DNA of 64,000 nt from the human T2T-CHM13v2.0 reference genome, Homo sapiens. Of the stretch, positions 1-14,142 are shown in pieces (the first letter of the stretch is position 1; every line of letters begins with the position of its first letter). The notes beneath the pieces are model-generated. The model did no database searches, was not told the origin of the DNA, and worked only from the letters and a program-made list of their open reading frames with translations. A program made the position numbers and the translations under genes. The stretch lies in the NCBI RefSeq assembly GCF_009914755.1, contig NC_060928.1. One strand, 5' to 3'.

Positions 1-189
1 AGCCTGAGTGCTTTTAAACAGCATTTTATCAATGTGCATTTCATTTCTTTTAAATAAGCTTCAAATACATGGTGGTAGACCAAAGATGTATACTCTCTTA
101 TTGTGGAAAATTCTGTACTAGACCTTTTTTTAGTGGCTAAAAGTAAACAAAAGTGATTTCCTAAACTGTTAGAAAACCTGAAACTAGAA

Positions 190-310
190 AGGTTAGAGCA
201 AGATGGCTGAATAGAAGCCTTTACTGATCATCCTCCCCACAGGAACACTAAATTTAAACAACTAACTACACACAACAACAACAAATCATTGTCATAAAAA
301 ACAAAATCAG
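190..310 (+). mobile_element. 5' end of outer L1MA-type LINE-1 (interrupted at about 310 by a second L1, resumes at about 5316)
   Basis: Starts GAGCAAGATGGCTGAATAGAAG, the same L1 5' terminus seen at about 320 and about 27200. Upstream AAACCTGAAACT (174-185) recurs as AAATCTGAAACT (12191-12202) after the final A-tail, a candidate TSD. Confidence 0.8.
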
Positions 311-312
311 GA

Positions 313-3300
313 CGTGGGGCAGAGCAAGAAAATAGAATAGAAGACTATACCAATTGTCCTCCCCACAAAGACACCAGTTTAACAATTATCTGCACACACA
401 AAACAAAGCACCCTCATAAGAAACAAAAATCAGTGAAGCACTCACAGTACCTAGTTTTAACTTCTTATTGCTGAAAAAGCCACGGAAGAGGTAGTAAATT
501 CAGTCTTGTATCACCGATGCTGCTCTTCTCCCATCCCCCAGCAGAGGTAGCATGATGTGCAGAGCATTTCTGTGCGTTAGGGAGAGGGATGTTGCAGCAA
601 CTGTGAGGCATTTAACTCAGTGCTGCTCTGTTGTAACAGAAAACAAAACTAAATCAAGCTCAGTTGACAATTGCCCACCAAGGGAGCATTTAAACCAGCC
701 TTAGCCAGAACAGCATTGCTGATTACAGCAGCCTGAACTTGAGTTCCCACAAGCCTGACCAGCACAGGCCAAAGTTCTTTAGGGCCCTAAATAAACTTAA
801 AAACCAGTCTAGGCCACAAGGACTGCAACTTTCAGGCGAGTCCTAGAGCTGAACTAAGCCCAGAGCCAGTGGGTGGTGGAGGCACAAGACATACTAAGAC
901 ATTAGCCAGGGTGGCTAAGGGAGTGACGAAATCACTCCTCCCCTAACCCTAAGCTGCATAGCTCGCAGCTCCAAAAAAGACCACTTTCCTCCACTTGAGG
1001 ACAGGAGAGGGAAGAGTGGGGAGGACTTTGTCTTACATCTTGGATGCCAGCTCAGCCACAGCAGGATAAGGCACCATTCAGAGTCGTGAGGTCCTTTTTC
1101 TAGGCCCTAGCTCCCTGATGACATTTTTAAACACAACCTGGAATAGAAGAGAACTCACTGGCTTTAAGGAAAGAATTCAGCCTTGACAAGATTTATCACC
1201 TGCTAACTGAAGAGCCCTTGGACCCTGAATAACCAGCAGTGATACCCAGGTCTACATCAAGGGCCTTGGGTGAGACTCTGAGACTTGCTGGCTTCAGGTG
1301 GCACTTAAAACATTTACAGCTGTGGTGGCTACAAGGCTGAGATTCCCTCTTCTTGAGACAATTGGAAGGAAAAGTAAAGGGCACTTCATCTTGTGCTTTA
1401 GGTACAAGTTCAGCCACACTGTGATAAAGAACTAAGTGGAACCTCAGCATCCCCGGTTCCAGAACCTTGCTCTTGTATGGCATTTCTGGACCTGCCCTGG
1501 CCCAGGAAGGAGCTATCTGCCTTGAATGGTGAGTCCAAGGCCAGGCAGCATTCGCCAAAAGCTGACTGAAGAGCTACTGGCCCGTAAGGGAACATTGATG
1601 ATAGTCTGGCACTACTCCCTATGGGCCTATGGTGGTGGTGGCAATGGAATGAGGCTCCTCTGCCTTTGGAAAGGAAAGGGAGAGTTGGAAGGACTGCATC
1701 TTGTGGTTTAATTGCCAGCTTAGCCACAGTACAATGGAACGTACATAGACTTCTAAAGTTACAGGTTAATGAAACAAAAAGTAGTTTTTTTTTTCCAAAA
1801 GTTAAATAAAATTGACAAAACTTCAGTTAGACTAAGATAAAGAAAAGAGAAAACATCCAAATAAATAAAATCAAAGATGAAAAAAGGAGACAGTATAACT
1901 GATACTGCAAAAATTCAAAGGCTCATTAGTGGTTACTATGAACAACTGTGTGCCAATAAATTGGAAAATCTAGAAAAAATGAAAGAATTCCTAGACACAT
2001 ACAACCTACCAAGATAGAGCCAAGAAGAAATCCAAAATCTCAACAGACCAGTAACAACTAACTAGATCAAAGCCACAGTACAAATTCTCCTAAAAAACAA
2101 AAGACTAGGACCTGATGGCTTCACTGCTGAATTCTACCAAATATTTAATAAACTAATACCAATTTCACTCAAACTATCATTAAAAAAAAAAACAGAAGAG
2201 GAGGAAATACTTCCAAATTCATTTTATGAGGCCAGAATGACCCTGATAATAATATCAGACAAAACCATATCAAAAAGAAAACTACTGGCCAATAGAGCTG
2301 ATGAATATTGATGTAAAAATCCTTAACAAAATACTAGCAAACTGAATTCAACAACATTAAAAAGATTATTCATTATAACCAAGTGAGATTTATCCCAGGG
2401 ATGTAAGAATCGTTCTATATATGCAAATCAGAATATGTAATAGATCATATCAACAGAATAAAGAACAAAAAACATATGATCATTTCAATTGATGATGAAA
2501 AAGCACTTGATAGAATTCAACATCCCATCATGATAAGAACTCCTGAAAAAATGGGTATAGAAAGAACATACCTCAACATAATAAAAGCTGTATATGACAG
2601 ACATACAGTTAGGTTAGTGTCATAAACAATGGGGAAAACCTGAAGCTTTTCACTAAGATCTGAAACATGACAAGAATGCCCGCTCTCACCACTGTTATTC
2701 AACATTGTGCTGGAAGTACTAGCTAGAGCAATCAAGCAAACAAAAGAAATCAAGGGCATCCAAATTGGAAAGGAAAGAATCAAATTATCTTCGTTTGCAG
2801 ATGAAAGAATCTTATATTTGGACAAACCTAAAGACTCCACCAATAAACTGTTAGAACTGATAATTGAGTTCAGTACACTTGGAAGATACAAAACAAACAT
2901 ACAAAAATTAGTGGTATTTCCATAGGCTAACAGTGAACAATTTGAAAAAGAATTTAAAAAGCAATCCCATTTATAATAGCTAAAAATAAAATTAAATATC
3001 TAGGAATTAACAAAATAATTAAAACATCTCTATAATGAAACCTATAAAGCACTGATGAAAGAAATTGAAGAGGATAAAAAAACATAAAAAAGTTATTTCA
3101 CGATCATGGATTGGGAAAAATATCAATATTGTTAAATGGTCAATAAACCAAAACGATCTACAGATTCAACGCAATTCCTATCAAAATGCCAGTGATTTTC
3201 TTCACAGAAATAGAAGAAATGATCCTAAAATTTATATGGAGCCACAAAAGACCCATAATACCCAAAGGTATCCTAAGCAAAAAGAACAAAACTGCTGGAA

Positions 3301-5315
3301 TCGCACTGTCTGACTTCAAATTACACTACAGATCTGTAGTAATCAAAACAGATTAGAGATCCCAGAAACAAATTCTAACACACACAGGGAACTCATTTTC
3401 AACAAAGGTGCCAAGAACACAGACTGGGGAAAGAACAGCCTCTTCAGTAAATAGTGCTGAGAAAACTGGATATCCATATGCAGAAGAATAAAACTAGACC
3501 CCAATCTCTTACCATATTCAAAAGTCAAATCAAAATGCATTAAAGTCTTAAATCTAAGACCTCAAACTATGAAACTACTACAAACATAAGGGAAACACTT
3601 CAGGACATTGGTCTGGGCAAAACTTTTTTTGGGTAATATCCCACAAGCACAGGCAAACAAAGCAAAAATGGTCAAATGGAATTGCATCCAGTTCAAAAGC
3701 TTCTGAATGGCACAGAAAATAATCAATAATGTGAAGAGCCAATACATAAAATGGGAGAAAACATTTTCAAAGTGCCCATCTGACAGAGGATTAATAACCA
3801 GAATATAGAAGGAGCTCAAACAACTCTCTAGAAAAAATTTTAATAATCCAGCTAAAAATGGGCAAAAGATCTGTATAGACATTTTTCAGCATACAAACGA
3901 GAAACGAGCATATGAAAAGGTGCTCCACATAATTCATCATCAGAGAAATCCAAATCAAAACTACACAGTGATATTATCCTACCCCAGCTAAAATACCTTT
4001 TATTCAAAACACAGGTAATGACAAATCCTGGCAAGAACGTGGAGAAAAGGAAAACCTCATACACTGTTGGGAGGAATGTAAATTCATACAATCACGCTGA
4101 AGAATAGTTTTGTAGCTCCTCAAAAACCTAAAAATAGAGGTACTATATGATCCATCAATCTCATTGCTAGGTATATACCCCAAATAAAGAAAATCAATAT
4201 ATAAAAGGAGTATCTGCACATCTGTGTTTGCTGCAGCACTGTTAACTATACCCAAGATTTGGAAGCAACCTTAGTATCCACCAGCAGGTGAATGGATAAA
4301 TACACTCAAAGGCATACTCTTCAGCCATGAAAAAGAATGAGGCCCTGTCATTTGCAACAACACAGATGAAACTGGAGGTCACTATGCTAAGTGAAATAAG
4401 CCAGGTACAGAAAGACAAACATCACATGTTTTTATTTATTTGTGGTAGCTAAAAATAAAAACAATTCAACTCATGGAGATAGAGAGTAGAAGGATGGTTA
4501 CCAGCGGCTGAGAAGGGTAGTGAGATGGTTAATGGGTACAAAAATAGTTAGAAAAAATAAATAAGACCTAGTATTTGATAGCACAATATGATGACTATAG
4601 TCAATAATCATTTATTTGTACAATTTAACCCTTTTCTCATTTAGAAAAAAAAAGTGCAGATTGCTGCCAGCACTCTTTTAATTTTACATAAAAACAATCT
4701 TTGAGGCTGAAGCAAATCTGACTGATGTTCGATGTGAAAATAAAATGTAAAAACAGTTTTTGAAGTTATTTCTAAACAGAACTAACATCAGAATCGTCTG
4801 AATCATCAGAATCATCTATTTCGGAAAAATTGGATTCATCAAATGAATCTTCAGCCAACTGAGAATGAAGTTAACATCACACGTAGAAATGCTACGTTTT
4901 CTAGGATTTGACATTTTCAGCACTTGAGAATGACTATATTTTGTACATGGAAATACCACTACTAAAAACAGAATGCTATTAATAGAATGACATTTTTTTT
5001 CTTTCCAAAGTTGATATAGTAGAGTGATGCAAAAATAATAATGAAAGTAAGATATTTTGTGGCAAAGTTATCTCAGGGTAAACAATGCAGTCACAAGTGT
5101 TGCTGGTGAGTATTCTTGGAACAGACAGAAAAAGGGTTAGAATAACTAAAAGACTATAACTTGATTATTTGTAACACAAAGGATAAATGCTTGAGAGGAT
5201 AGATGCCCATTTTATACAATGTAATTATTACACTTTTATGCCTGCATCAGAACATCTCATGTATCCCCACAGATCTACTATGCATTCACAAAAATTAAAA
5301 TAAAAAATCTTTTTA
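313..5315 (+). mobile_element. Inner L1MA (L1MA1-3-like): 5'UTR, then ORF2 RT/C-terminal remnant, 3'UTR and A-tail; ORF1 and endonuclease missing
   Basis: Second 5' start at about 313 with three 5'UTR monomers, then a jump to ORF2 at about 1760. ORF 2707-2925 reads [37 protein letters not shown] (L1 RT FADD region). L1MA-type 3'UTR (ATGGTTAATGGGTACAAAA...GTAACACAAAGGATAAATGCTTGAG) and an A-rich tail at about 5290-5306. Many stops and frameshifts. Confidence 0.92.
4629..5136 (-). mobile_element. MER75 non-autonomous piggyBac DNA transposon
   Basis: TTAA (4625-4628) followed by CCCTTTTC..., ending ...GAAAAAGGG followed by TTAG (mutated TTAA TSD). About 510 bp; the internal sequence matches the recalled MER75 consensus in reverse complement. 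The L1 3'UTR resumes in register after it. Confidence 0.92.
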
Positions 5316-8150
5316 AAAAGGACCAAAAATCATCTAAGCCATCACAGAAGTGAGTAGGAATTCTCAAATTTCTGTTGACATAATCCTCATTTCTCCCAGC
5401 AGTGGCTGTGTGGCAGGCAGAGAGAATCTATGCCTTTGGGGAGGGTGAGCACAATGCTGCCTGTCACAGCAGAGACCAAGCCATGCTGGGCTTAGCCAGC
5501 ACCCATGCACAGAGGATACATTTGGAACAGCCTTAGCCAGAGGGCAATTACCCATCCCAGATGTCAGAACTTGAGTTTTTGGCAAACCTCACCACCACAG
5601 GCTACAGTGCTCTGGGGTTCTAGATAAACTTGAAAGAAATTTCAGTCCGTGTGTCCCTGTGGGCAAGTGGTGGTGGGAGCCACTGGGAGAAGCTCCTCTT
5701 CCTGTGGAAGGGAAAGGGAGGAACAAGAAAGGCACTGTCTTATGGTTTGGTGCCAGCTCAGACAAATGCAGTAGAATGGTACACTAGGTAGATATCTAAG
5801 CTTTTTGACTCCAACCCTTGGCTTGCAGACGGCATCTCTGGACCCACCCAGCACATGAGGGAACTCAGCCCAGCACATGAGGGAACTCACTGCCCTGAAG
5901 TGAAGGGTGAAGGATACAAGCCAGTCTGGCTTCCACACTTGCTGATTGTGGACACCAAGTGTCTTGTGTGAACATAGGTGGTAGCTATATAGTGGTTACA
6001 ATGAATCTTGGGTAAAACACACTGCTCTGTTGCTTTCAGGTCTCTCCCTGCATACTCCATTCGTGGTGGCCACAGGGGTGCTTGAATCCAACCATCCCCA
6101 GCTCTAGGCATCTCAGTATAGAGGGAGAGACTTCATTTGTTTTGGATAAAGTAAGGGAAAAGAATAGGAGTCTCAGCCTAGTAATCTAGAGAATGCTTCT
6201 GGATCTTAACCAAGACCACAAAGGCAGTACCCTGATGAGTATGCAAGAACTATAGCATTATTTGGCTTGGAGCTTAAGTTGCTTCAAATACGTGAAAAAC
6301 CTTCTGAAGAAAAACAGGCACAAACAAGCTCAGACTGTGAAGACTGCAATAAAAACTTCACATTTAAATGCCCAGACTCTGAAGAACATCCAAAAATTTC
6401 AAGATCATCCAGGTAAAATGGCCTTACCAAATGAACTAAATAAGGAACCAGAGACCAATCCTGGAGAAACAGAGATATGTGACCTTTCAGACAGAGAATT
6501 CAAAATAGCTATTTTGAGGAATCTAAAAAAAATGAGATAACAGAGAAAATTAATTCAGAATTCTATCCAATAAATTCAGCAAAGAGATTGAAATCATTAA
6601 AAAGAAGCAGAAATTCTGGAGTAGAAAAATGTAACTGACCTACTGAAGAATGCATCAAAGTATCTTAATAGCAGGATTGATCAAGATGAAGAAAGAATTA
6701 GTGAACTTAAAGAAAGGCGACATGTCACTATATAGTCAGAGGAGACAAAAGAAATAACAATAAACAAAAGTACAATGACAAGATCTAGAAAATAGTCTCA
6801 AAAGGGTAAATCTAGGAGTTATTGGCCTCAAAGAAGAGAAGTATAAAGAGATAAGGGTAGAAATTTTATTCAAAGGAATACTATCATAAAACTTCCTACA
6901 CCTAGAGAACTATATTGACATTCAAGTACAAGAAGGTTATAGAACACCAAGCAGAGTCCACACAGAGGAGCCTACCTCAAGGCATTTAATCATCAAATTC
7001 CCAAAGATCAAAGATAAAGAAATTCTAAAAGGAGTAGAAGACAAAAAACAAATTACATAAAACAGAACTCTAATACATCTGGCAGCCAATATTTAGTGGA
7101 AAACTTGCAGATTTTTTTACAGGAGAGGGTGGCATGACATACTTAAAGTGCTGAAGGAAAAAACAAAAACAAAAACAACTTTACACTAGATTAGTTTATC
7201 CAGCAAAAATATACTTCAAGCATGAAGGAGAAATAAAGGATTTACCAAACAAACAAAAGCTGAGGGATTACATCAATAGCAGATCTATCCTACCAAAAAT
7301 GCTCTAGTGATTTCTTCAATATGAAAGAAAAGGACATTAATTAGCAATAAGGAATTATCTGGAAGTTCGATGGGAAAAAGAGGATATTAATGAGCAAATG
7401 AGCAATACCTAATTACCTGAATGTGAAAAACTGGTAATAATAAGCACACAGAAAAACACAGACCATTATAGCACTGTAATTGTGATTTGTAAACTACTCT
7501 TAAGTAGAAACACAAAATGATGATCCCACAAAAATAATAATTACAATAACTTTTCAAGATATATACACTACAATAAGACATAAAGTAACAATAAAAAGTG
7601 AGAAAGTGGAAGTATGAAGATAAAGTTTTTATTACTGTTCTCTTTGCTTGTTTGTTTATGCTGTGCTAAGTTGTCACCAGTTTAAAATAATGGGTTATAA
7701 GATATTATTTGCAAGCCTCATGGTAACTTGAAATTGAAAAACATGAAATAAATATACAAAAAATAAAAAGCAAGAAATTAAATTATAACACCAGAGAAAA
7801 TCACCTTCACTAAAAGGAAGACAAGAAGGAAGGAAAGAAGGAAAAGAAGACTACAAAACAATCAGAAAACAAAAAAGAAAATGGCAGGAGTAAGACTTAT
7901 TCATCAATAATAATGTTGATTATAAAAGGACTAAACTCTTCAATCGAAAGACATAGAGTAACTGAATTGAGTTAAAAAAAAAAGACCCAATTATCTGTGG
8001 ACTGCAAAAAACACGCTTAACCTATAAAGATACACATAGACTTAAAATAAATAGACGGAAAAAAGACTCCATGCAATGAAAACAAAAAAGCGAGCAGGAA
8101 CAGCTATATTTATATCAGAAAAAAAATACATTTCAAGACACAAACTGTAG

Positions 8151-8462
8151 GGCCAGGAACGGTGGCTCATGCCTGGAATCCCAGCATTTTGGGAGGCTGA
8201 ACTGGGCAAATCACTTGAGGTCAGGAGATCGAGACCAGCCAGGCCAACATGGTGAAAACCTGTCTCTACTAAAAAAAAAAAAAAAAATGCAAAAATTACC
8301 CAGGTGTGGTGGTGTGTGCCTATAGTCCCCACTACTTGGGAAGCTGAGGCAGGAGAATCACTTGAACCTGGGAGGTGAATGTTTCAGTGAGCCAAGGTCG
8401 TACCACTGCACTCGAGCCTGGGCAACGGAGCAAGACTCCATCAAAAAAAAAAAAAAAAAAAA
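8151..8462 (+). mobile_element. Alu (AluS-type) inserted in outer L1 ORF2
   Basis: GGCCAGGAACGGTGGCTCATGCC dimer with an extended middle A-run and a 3' poly(A). Confidence 0.95.
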
Positions 8463-8526
8463 CTCTATAAATAGAGATGAAGAATGTCATTATGCAATAA
8501 TAAAGAGGTGCATTCAGTAAGAGAAT

Positions 8527-8950
8527 TGTATTAGTTCATTTCACCCTGCTATAAAGAAATAGCTGAGAGGGTAATTTAGAAAGAAAGTAAGTTTAATTGG
8601 CTCACAGTTTGACAGGCTGTACAGAAAATATGATGCTGCTATCTGCTCAGCTTCTGGAGAAGCCTCAGGAGACATACAATCATGGTGGGTGGCAAAGGAG
8701 GAGTCAGCACTTCACATGGTCTGAGCAGGAAGAAGAGAGAAAGATAGGGGAGGTGCTACACACTTTCAAACAACCAGATCTTATGAGAACTCGCTTAGCA
8801 GTGTGGCAGCAGTACCAAAGGGAATGGAGTCAAACTATTCAGGAGAAACTGCCTCCATGATCCACTCACCTCCAACCAGGCCCCACCTCCATCATTAGGA
8901 ATTATAATTTGACATGAGATTTGTTGGGGACACAGTTCCAAACCATCTCA
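8527..8950 (-). mobile_element. MaLR solo LTR, MSTA-like
   Basis: TGTATTAGTTCATT...CTGCTATAAAGAAATA...GCCTCAGGA...GGGACACAGTTCCAAACCATCTCA with TG..CA ends; it interrupts the L1 EN region. Confidence 0.88.
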
Positions 8951-11900
8951 GAGATATAACAGTAGTAAATACGTATGCACCCAACGTCACCAAAATACAT
9001 AAAGCATATATTAGAGCTAAGGAGAGACATAGACCTCAATCCAATAATAGCTAGAGTCTTTAACACTTCACTTTCAGCAATAGACAGTCTCCCAGTCTGA
9101 AAATCAACAAAGAAATATCTAACTTATCTGCACTAAAGAACAAATGGATCTAATAGATATTTACAGAACTTTTCATCCAATGGCTTAGGAATATACATTC
9201 TTCTTCCCAGCACATGAATTATTTTCAAAGGTAGACCATATGTTAGGTCACAAAACAAGTCTTAAAATGTTCAAAAATTAAAATAATGTTACATATCTTC
9301 TCTGACACAATGGAATAAAACTAGAAATAAATAAGGAGACATTTTAGAAACTACACAAACACATACAAATTAAACAATATGCTCCTAAATGACCAGTGGA
9401 TCAATGAAGAAATTGAGAAAATCAGAATATTTCTTAAAACAAATGATAATGAAAACAAAACATACCAAAACATATGGATACAGTGAAAGCAGTACTAAGA
9501 GGGCAATTTATAGCTATTAAGTGTTCATATCAAAATAGGAAAAAAAAACAAATAAATAACTTAATAATGCATGTTGAAGAACAAAAACAGCAAAAGCAAA
9601 CCAAACCTAAAATTAGTAGAAGAAAAGAAATAACAAAGATCAGAGCAGAAATAAATGAAACTGAAATAAAGAAAATGATCAAAAAGATCACCAAGAGGAA
9701 ATGTGTGTTTTTTGGAAAGACAAAGAAAATTGACAACCTTTAGCCAGACTAGCTGAGAAGAGAGAAGGCTCAAATCAATAAAATCAGAGAAGAAAAAGGA
9801 GACATTACAACTGATACTACAGAAAGTCAAAGGAACATTAGTGGCTACCATGATCAACTACATGTCAATAAATAGGAAAATCTAGAGAAAATGAATTCCT
9901 AGGCATATACAACCTTGCCGAGATTAAATTATGAAGAAATTCAAAATCTGAACAGAGCAATAACAAGAAATAAGATTGAAGTCATAATAAAAGATCTCCT
10001 AGTAGAGAAAAGCCAGATCCCATTGTATTCACTGCTTAATTCTACCAAACATTTAAATAATTAATACCAATCCTACTCAAACTATTCCAAAAACTAGAGG
10101 AGCAAGGGATACTTCCAAACTTATTCTATGAGGCCAGTATTACCCTGACATCAAAACCAGACAGACACATTAAAACAAAGAAAACTTCAGGCCAATATAT
10201 CTGATAAATATTGATGTAACAATTCTCAAAAAGTACCAGCAAATGGAATTCAACAATAAATTAAGAAGATCGAACATTCATCATTACCAAATAGAATTTA
10301 TCCCAGGGATGCAAGGAAGATTCAACATATACAAATTAATCAATGTAATAAATCATATCCAGAGAATTAAGGACAAAATCCACATGATTATTTCAATTGA
10401 GGCTGAAAAAGCATTTGATAAGATTCAATATTCTTTCTCATTAAAAACCCTTGAAAAACTGGGTAAAGAAAGAATATACCTCCAAATAATAAAAGCTGTA
10501 TACAACAGATATACAACTAGTATCATACTGAAGCGGGAGAAAACTGAGAGCTTTTCCTCTAAGATATGGAACAGGACAAGGACATCTACTTTCACTACTG
10601 TTATTCAACATAGTACTGGAAGTGCTAGTTAGAGATATCAGACAAAAGAAAGAAAGGACATCCAAATTGGAAAGAAATAAATCAAATTATTCTTGTTTGA
10701 CGGATGTGATCTTATATTTGGAAAAACCTAAACACTCCACCAAAAAACTACTAGAACTAATAAACAAATTCATTAAAGTTGCAGAATACAAAATAACAAA
10801 CAAAAATCATTTGTATTTCTGTGTGCCAAAAGTGAACAGTCTGACAAAGAAATCAAAGGGGTAATCTTTTTTAAAACAGTCACAAATAAAATTAAATACC
10901 TAGGAACTAACCAAAGAGGTAAAAGATCTCTATAATGAAAATTATGAAATGCTGATGAAAGAAATTGAAGAGAATACAAAAATATAAAAAGAATCAATAT
11001 TTTGTAAATGTCCATACTACCCAAAGCAATCTACAAATTCAATGCAATCGCTATCAAAATACCAATGACATTCTTCTTCACAGAAATAGAATAAACAACC
11101 TTAAAATTTATGTAAAACCAGAAAAGGCCCAGAATACCCAAAGCTATCCTAAGCAACAAGAAGAAAACTGAAGGAATCACATTATCTGACTTCAAATTAG
11201 ACTACAGAACTATAGTAACCAAAAGAGCATAAAACAGAGCTATAGTAACCAAAACAGTAAAAACAGACATATGGACTAATGAAATAGAATAGAGAATGCC
11301 AGAATAAATCCACCCACCTACAGTGAACTCATTTTGAACAAAAATGCCCAGAACATACACTGAGAAAACACAATCTCTTCAATAAATAGCCCTGGGAAAA
11401 TTGGGAATCTATACGCAGAAGAATGAAACTTGATCTCTATCTCTTGCAATATAAAAAAATTATATCAAAATGGGCTAATGATTTAAATCTAAGACCTCAG
11501 ACTATGAAACTATTACATGAAAACATTGAGGACCCTAGGACATTGGTCTGAGCAAAGGTGTCTTGAGTAATATCTCACGAGCACAGACAACCAAAGCAAA
11601 AATGGACCAATGGGATCACATGAAGTTAAAAAACTTCTGCAAAGCAAAGGAAATAACAAAGTGAAGATACAAAACATGTAATGGAAGAAAACATTTGCAA
11701 ACTACCATATGAGAAGGGATTCATAACCAGAATTTATAAGGAGCTCAAATAATTCTATAAGGAAAAAGGTATAACATCATTAAAAATGGGCAAATGATTT
11801 CAATAGACATTTTGCAGAAGAAGACATACAAATGACAAACAGGCTTATGAAAAGGTGCCCAACATCTTTGGTGGTGGGAGGAACTAGGGCTGGTTAATGG

Positions 11901-12531
11901 GTACAAAAATATTTAGAAAGATTGTATCAGACCTACTACTTGATAGCACAACAGGGTGACTATACTCAATACTGATTTAGTCATACACTTTAAAATAAAT
12001 GAAAGAGTATAATTAAATTGTTTGTAACACAAAGGATAAATGCTTGAGGGGATGGCTATCCTATTCACCTCGATTTGGTTATTATGCCTCCCATGCCTGT
12101 ATCAAAGTATCTCATGCTCTCTATAAATATAATATATATGCCTACCAGGTATCCACAAAAATTAAAAATTAAAAAAAACCCACACACACCAAATCTGAAA
12201 CTGTGACATTCAAGTAGAATCTAAATCTGCAGGCTACAATTATTTCAAATCAAACTGTGTATTTAAACTTGTCAGGATCTAGGAAATCAGCAGTTAATTA
12301 AAGCAATATCTAATGGAAGAAGTTCACATTCAATTTTATGCTCTTAAACGTCCTTTTTTAAAACAAAATTTATTCGGAGTTGTTAATGATATAAAACATA
12401 GAGACACTTAGTCAATTTCCCTTTATTTTATGATTTCCAATAAAATGAAGCAAAATACTGATTTTGCATCATAAAATAAATTTAGTTACTCTGCTGAATA
12501 AAGTCTCTTATTTTTGGATAGCAGGGCTTGA

Positions 12532-12872
<341 letters not shown>

Positions 12873-13123
12873 AAGGACTTTCAATTTTAAAGTCCTGAAC
12901 AATAATTATGTATATCTGTGACTTCTACAAGTTCAGCGATATGGTTGAATCTAGTGTTCTTTACCATCGGTCATACTAACTACTTTCTTTAAACATCTTT
13001 AGTGTTATAAATATCACACATGAAGAAAGCACTATCATCTAATTCTGAGGATTTAGATAACATTTCAAATGATCTCATAGCTTTCTGAGGAAGATATAAT
13101 ATCCAACATTTTCTCTCACTAAT

Positions 13124-13320
13124 CTTTCTTCCTTCCTCTCTATCTTTCTCTCTCTCTCTCTTTCATTCTCCTTCCTTCATTCTTCCTTCCTTCCTTCTTT
13201 CCCTTCCTTCCTTCCTTCTTTCTTTCTTTCCCTTCCTTCCTTCCTTCCTTCCTTCCTTCCTTCCTTCCTTCCTTCCTTCCTTCCTTCCTTTCCTTTCTTT
13301 CCTTTCTTTCTTTCTTTTGT
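13124..13320. repeat. Compound (TC)n/(TTCC)n/(TTTC)n polypyrimidine microsatellite
   Basis: Directly visible; it gives rise to the spurious KEGR-repeat ORF 13163-13453. Confidence 0.97.
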
Positions 13321-13806
13321 AATCCTTGGCTTTCTCATATTTTGGCTTCTCTTTCTTACTTAGACTATTTGTCCTCTTCTTCCTTTGGCTAAAATACTGT
13401 CCCATAAGTTTGTCCTTATTTGACCTGACATTTATTGCCTTTTGCTTTGTCAAAGTTTCAGTATGCTATTAAACCTTGACTCTAGTTCTAAGAAAACTGC
13501 CCTTGTCTCTAATTCTGCTATTTTACCCTATCGTTGTTTTAGTCTCTCCCACATAATCTCAAATTCAAAATGATAAAGCAGATAGAGAGAATTCCAATGT
13601 TACAGATATTTATTAAGAGCCTACTTTGTCACTAGGCCATGCTGGGCTCCATGGGCATGCAAGAAAAGCATCAGCATGTCCTTTTAGATACTGATCTGCA
13701 GTACTCTAAATAGCTGAAATCCCAAGCATTGAGTGCCTGACAATTTATTCGTGTAATTATCATCTGCTTTGTACAAAGCACTCTACCAACTACTTTGAAG
13801 TGATAA

Positions 13807-14142
<336 letters not shown>

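Larger units (their letters stand above)
5316..12180 (+). mobile_element. Outer L1MA body: rest of 5'UTR, decayed ORF1 (about 6418-7330), ORF2 (about 7881-11860), 3'UTR and A-tail
   Basis: ORF1-like EICDLSDREFKIAILRNL (ORF 6262-6540). ORF2-like DTVKAVLRGQFIA (9474) and EFIPGMQGRFNIYKLINVINHI...[14 protein letters not shown] (10243). A deletion joins ORF2 to the 3'UTR near 11870. Tail AAAATTAAAAATTAAAAAAAA at about 12157-12178. Confidence 0.92.

Noticed and set aside
13163-13453. KEGR-repeat ORF
   Set aside because: Translation of the (GGAA)n microsatellite.
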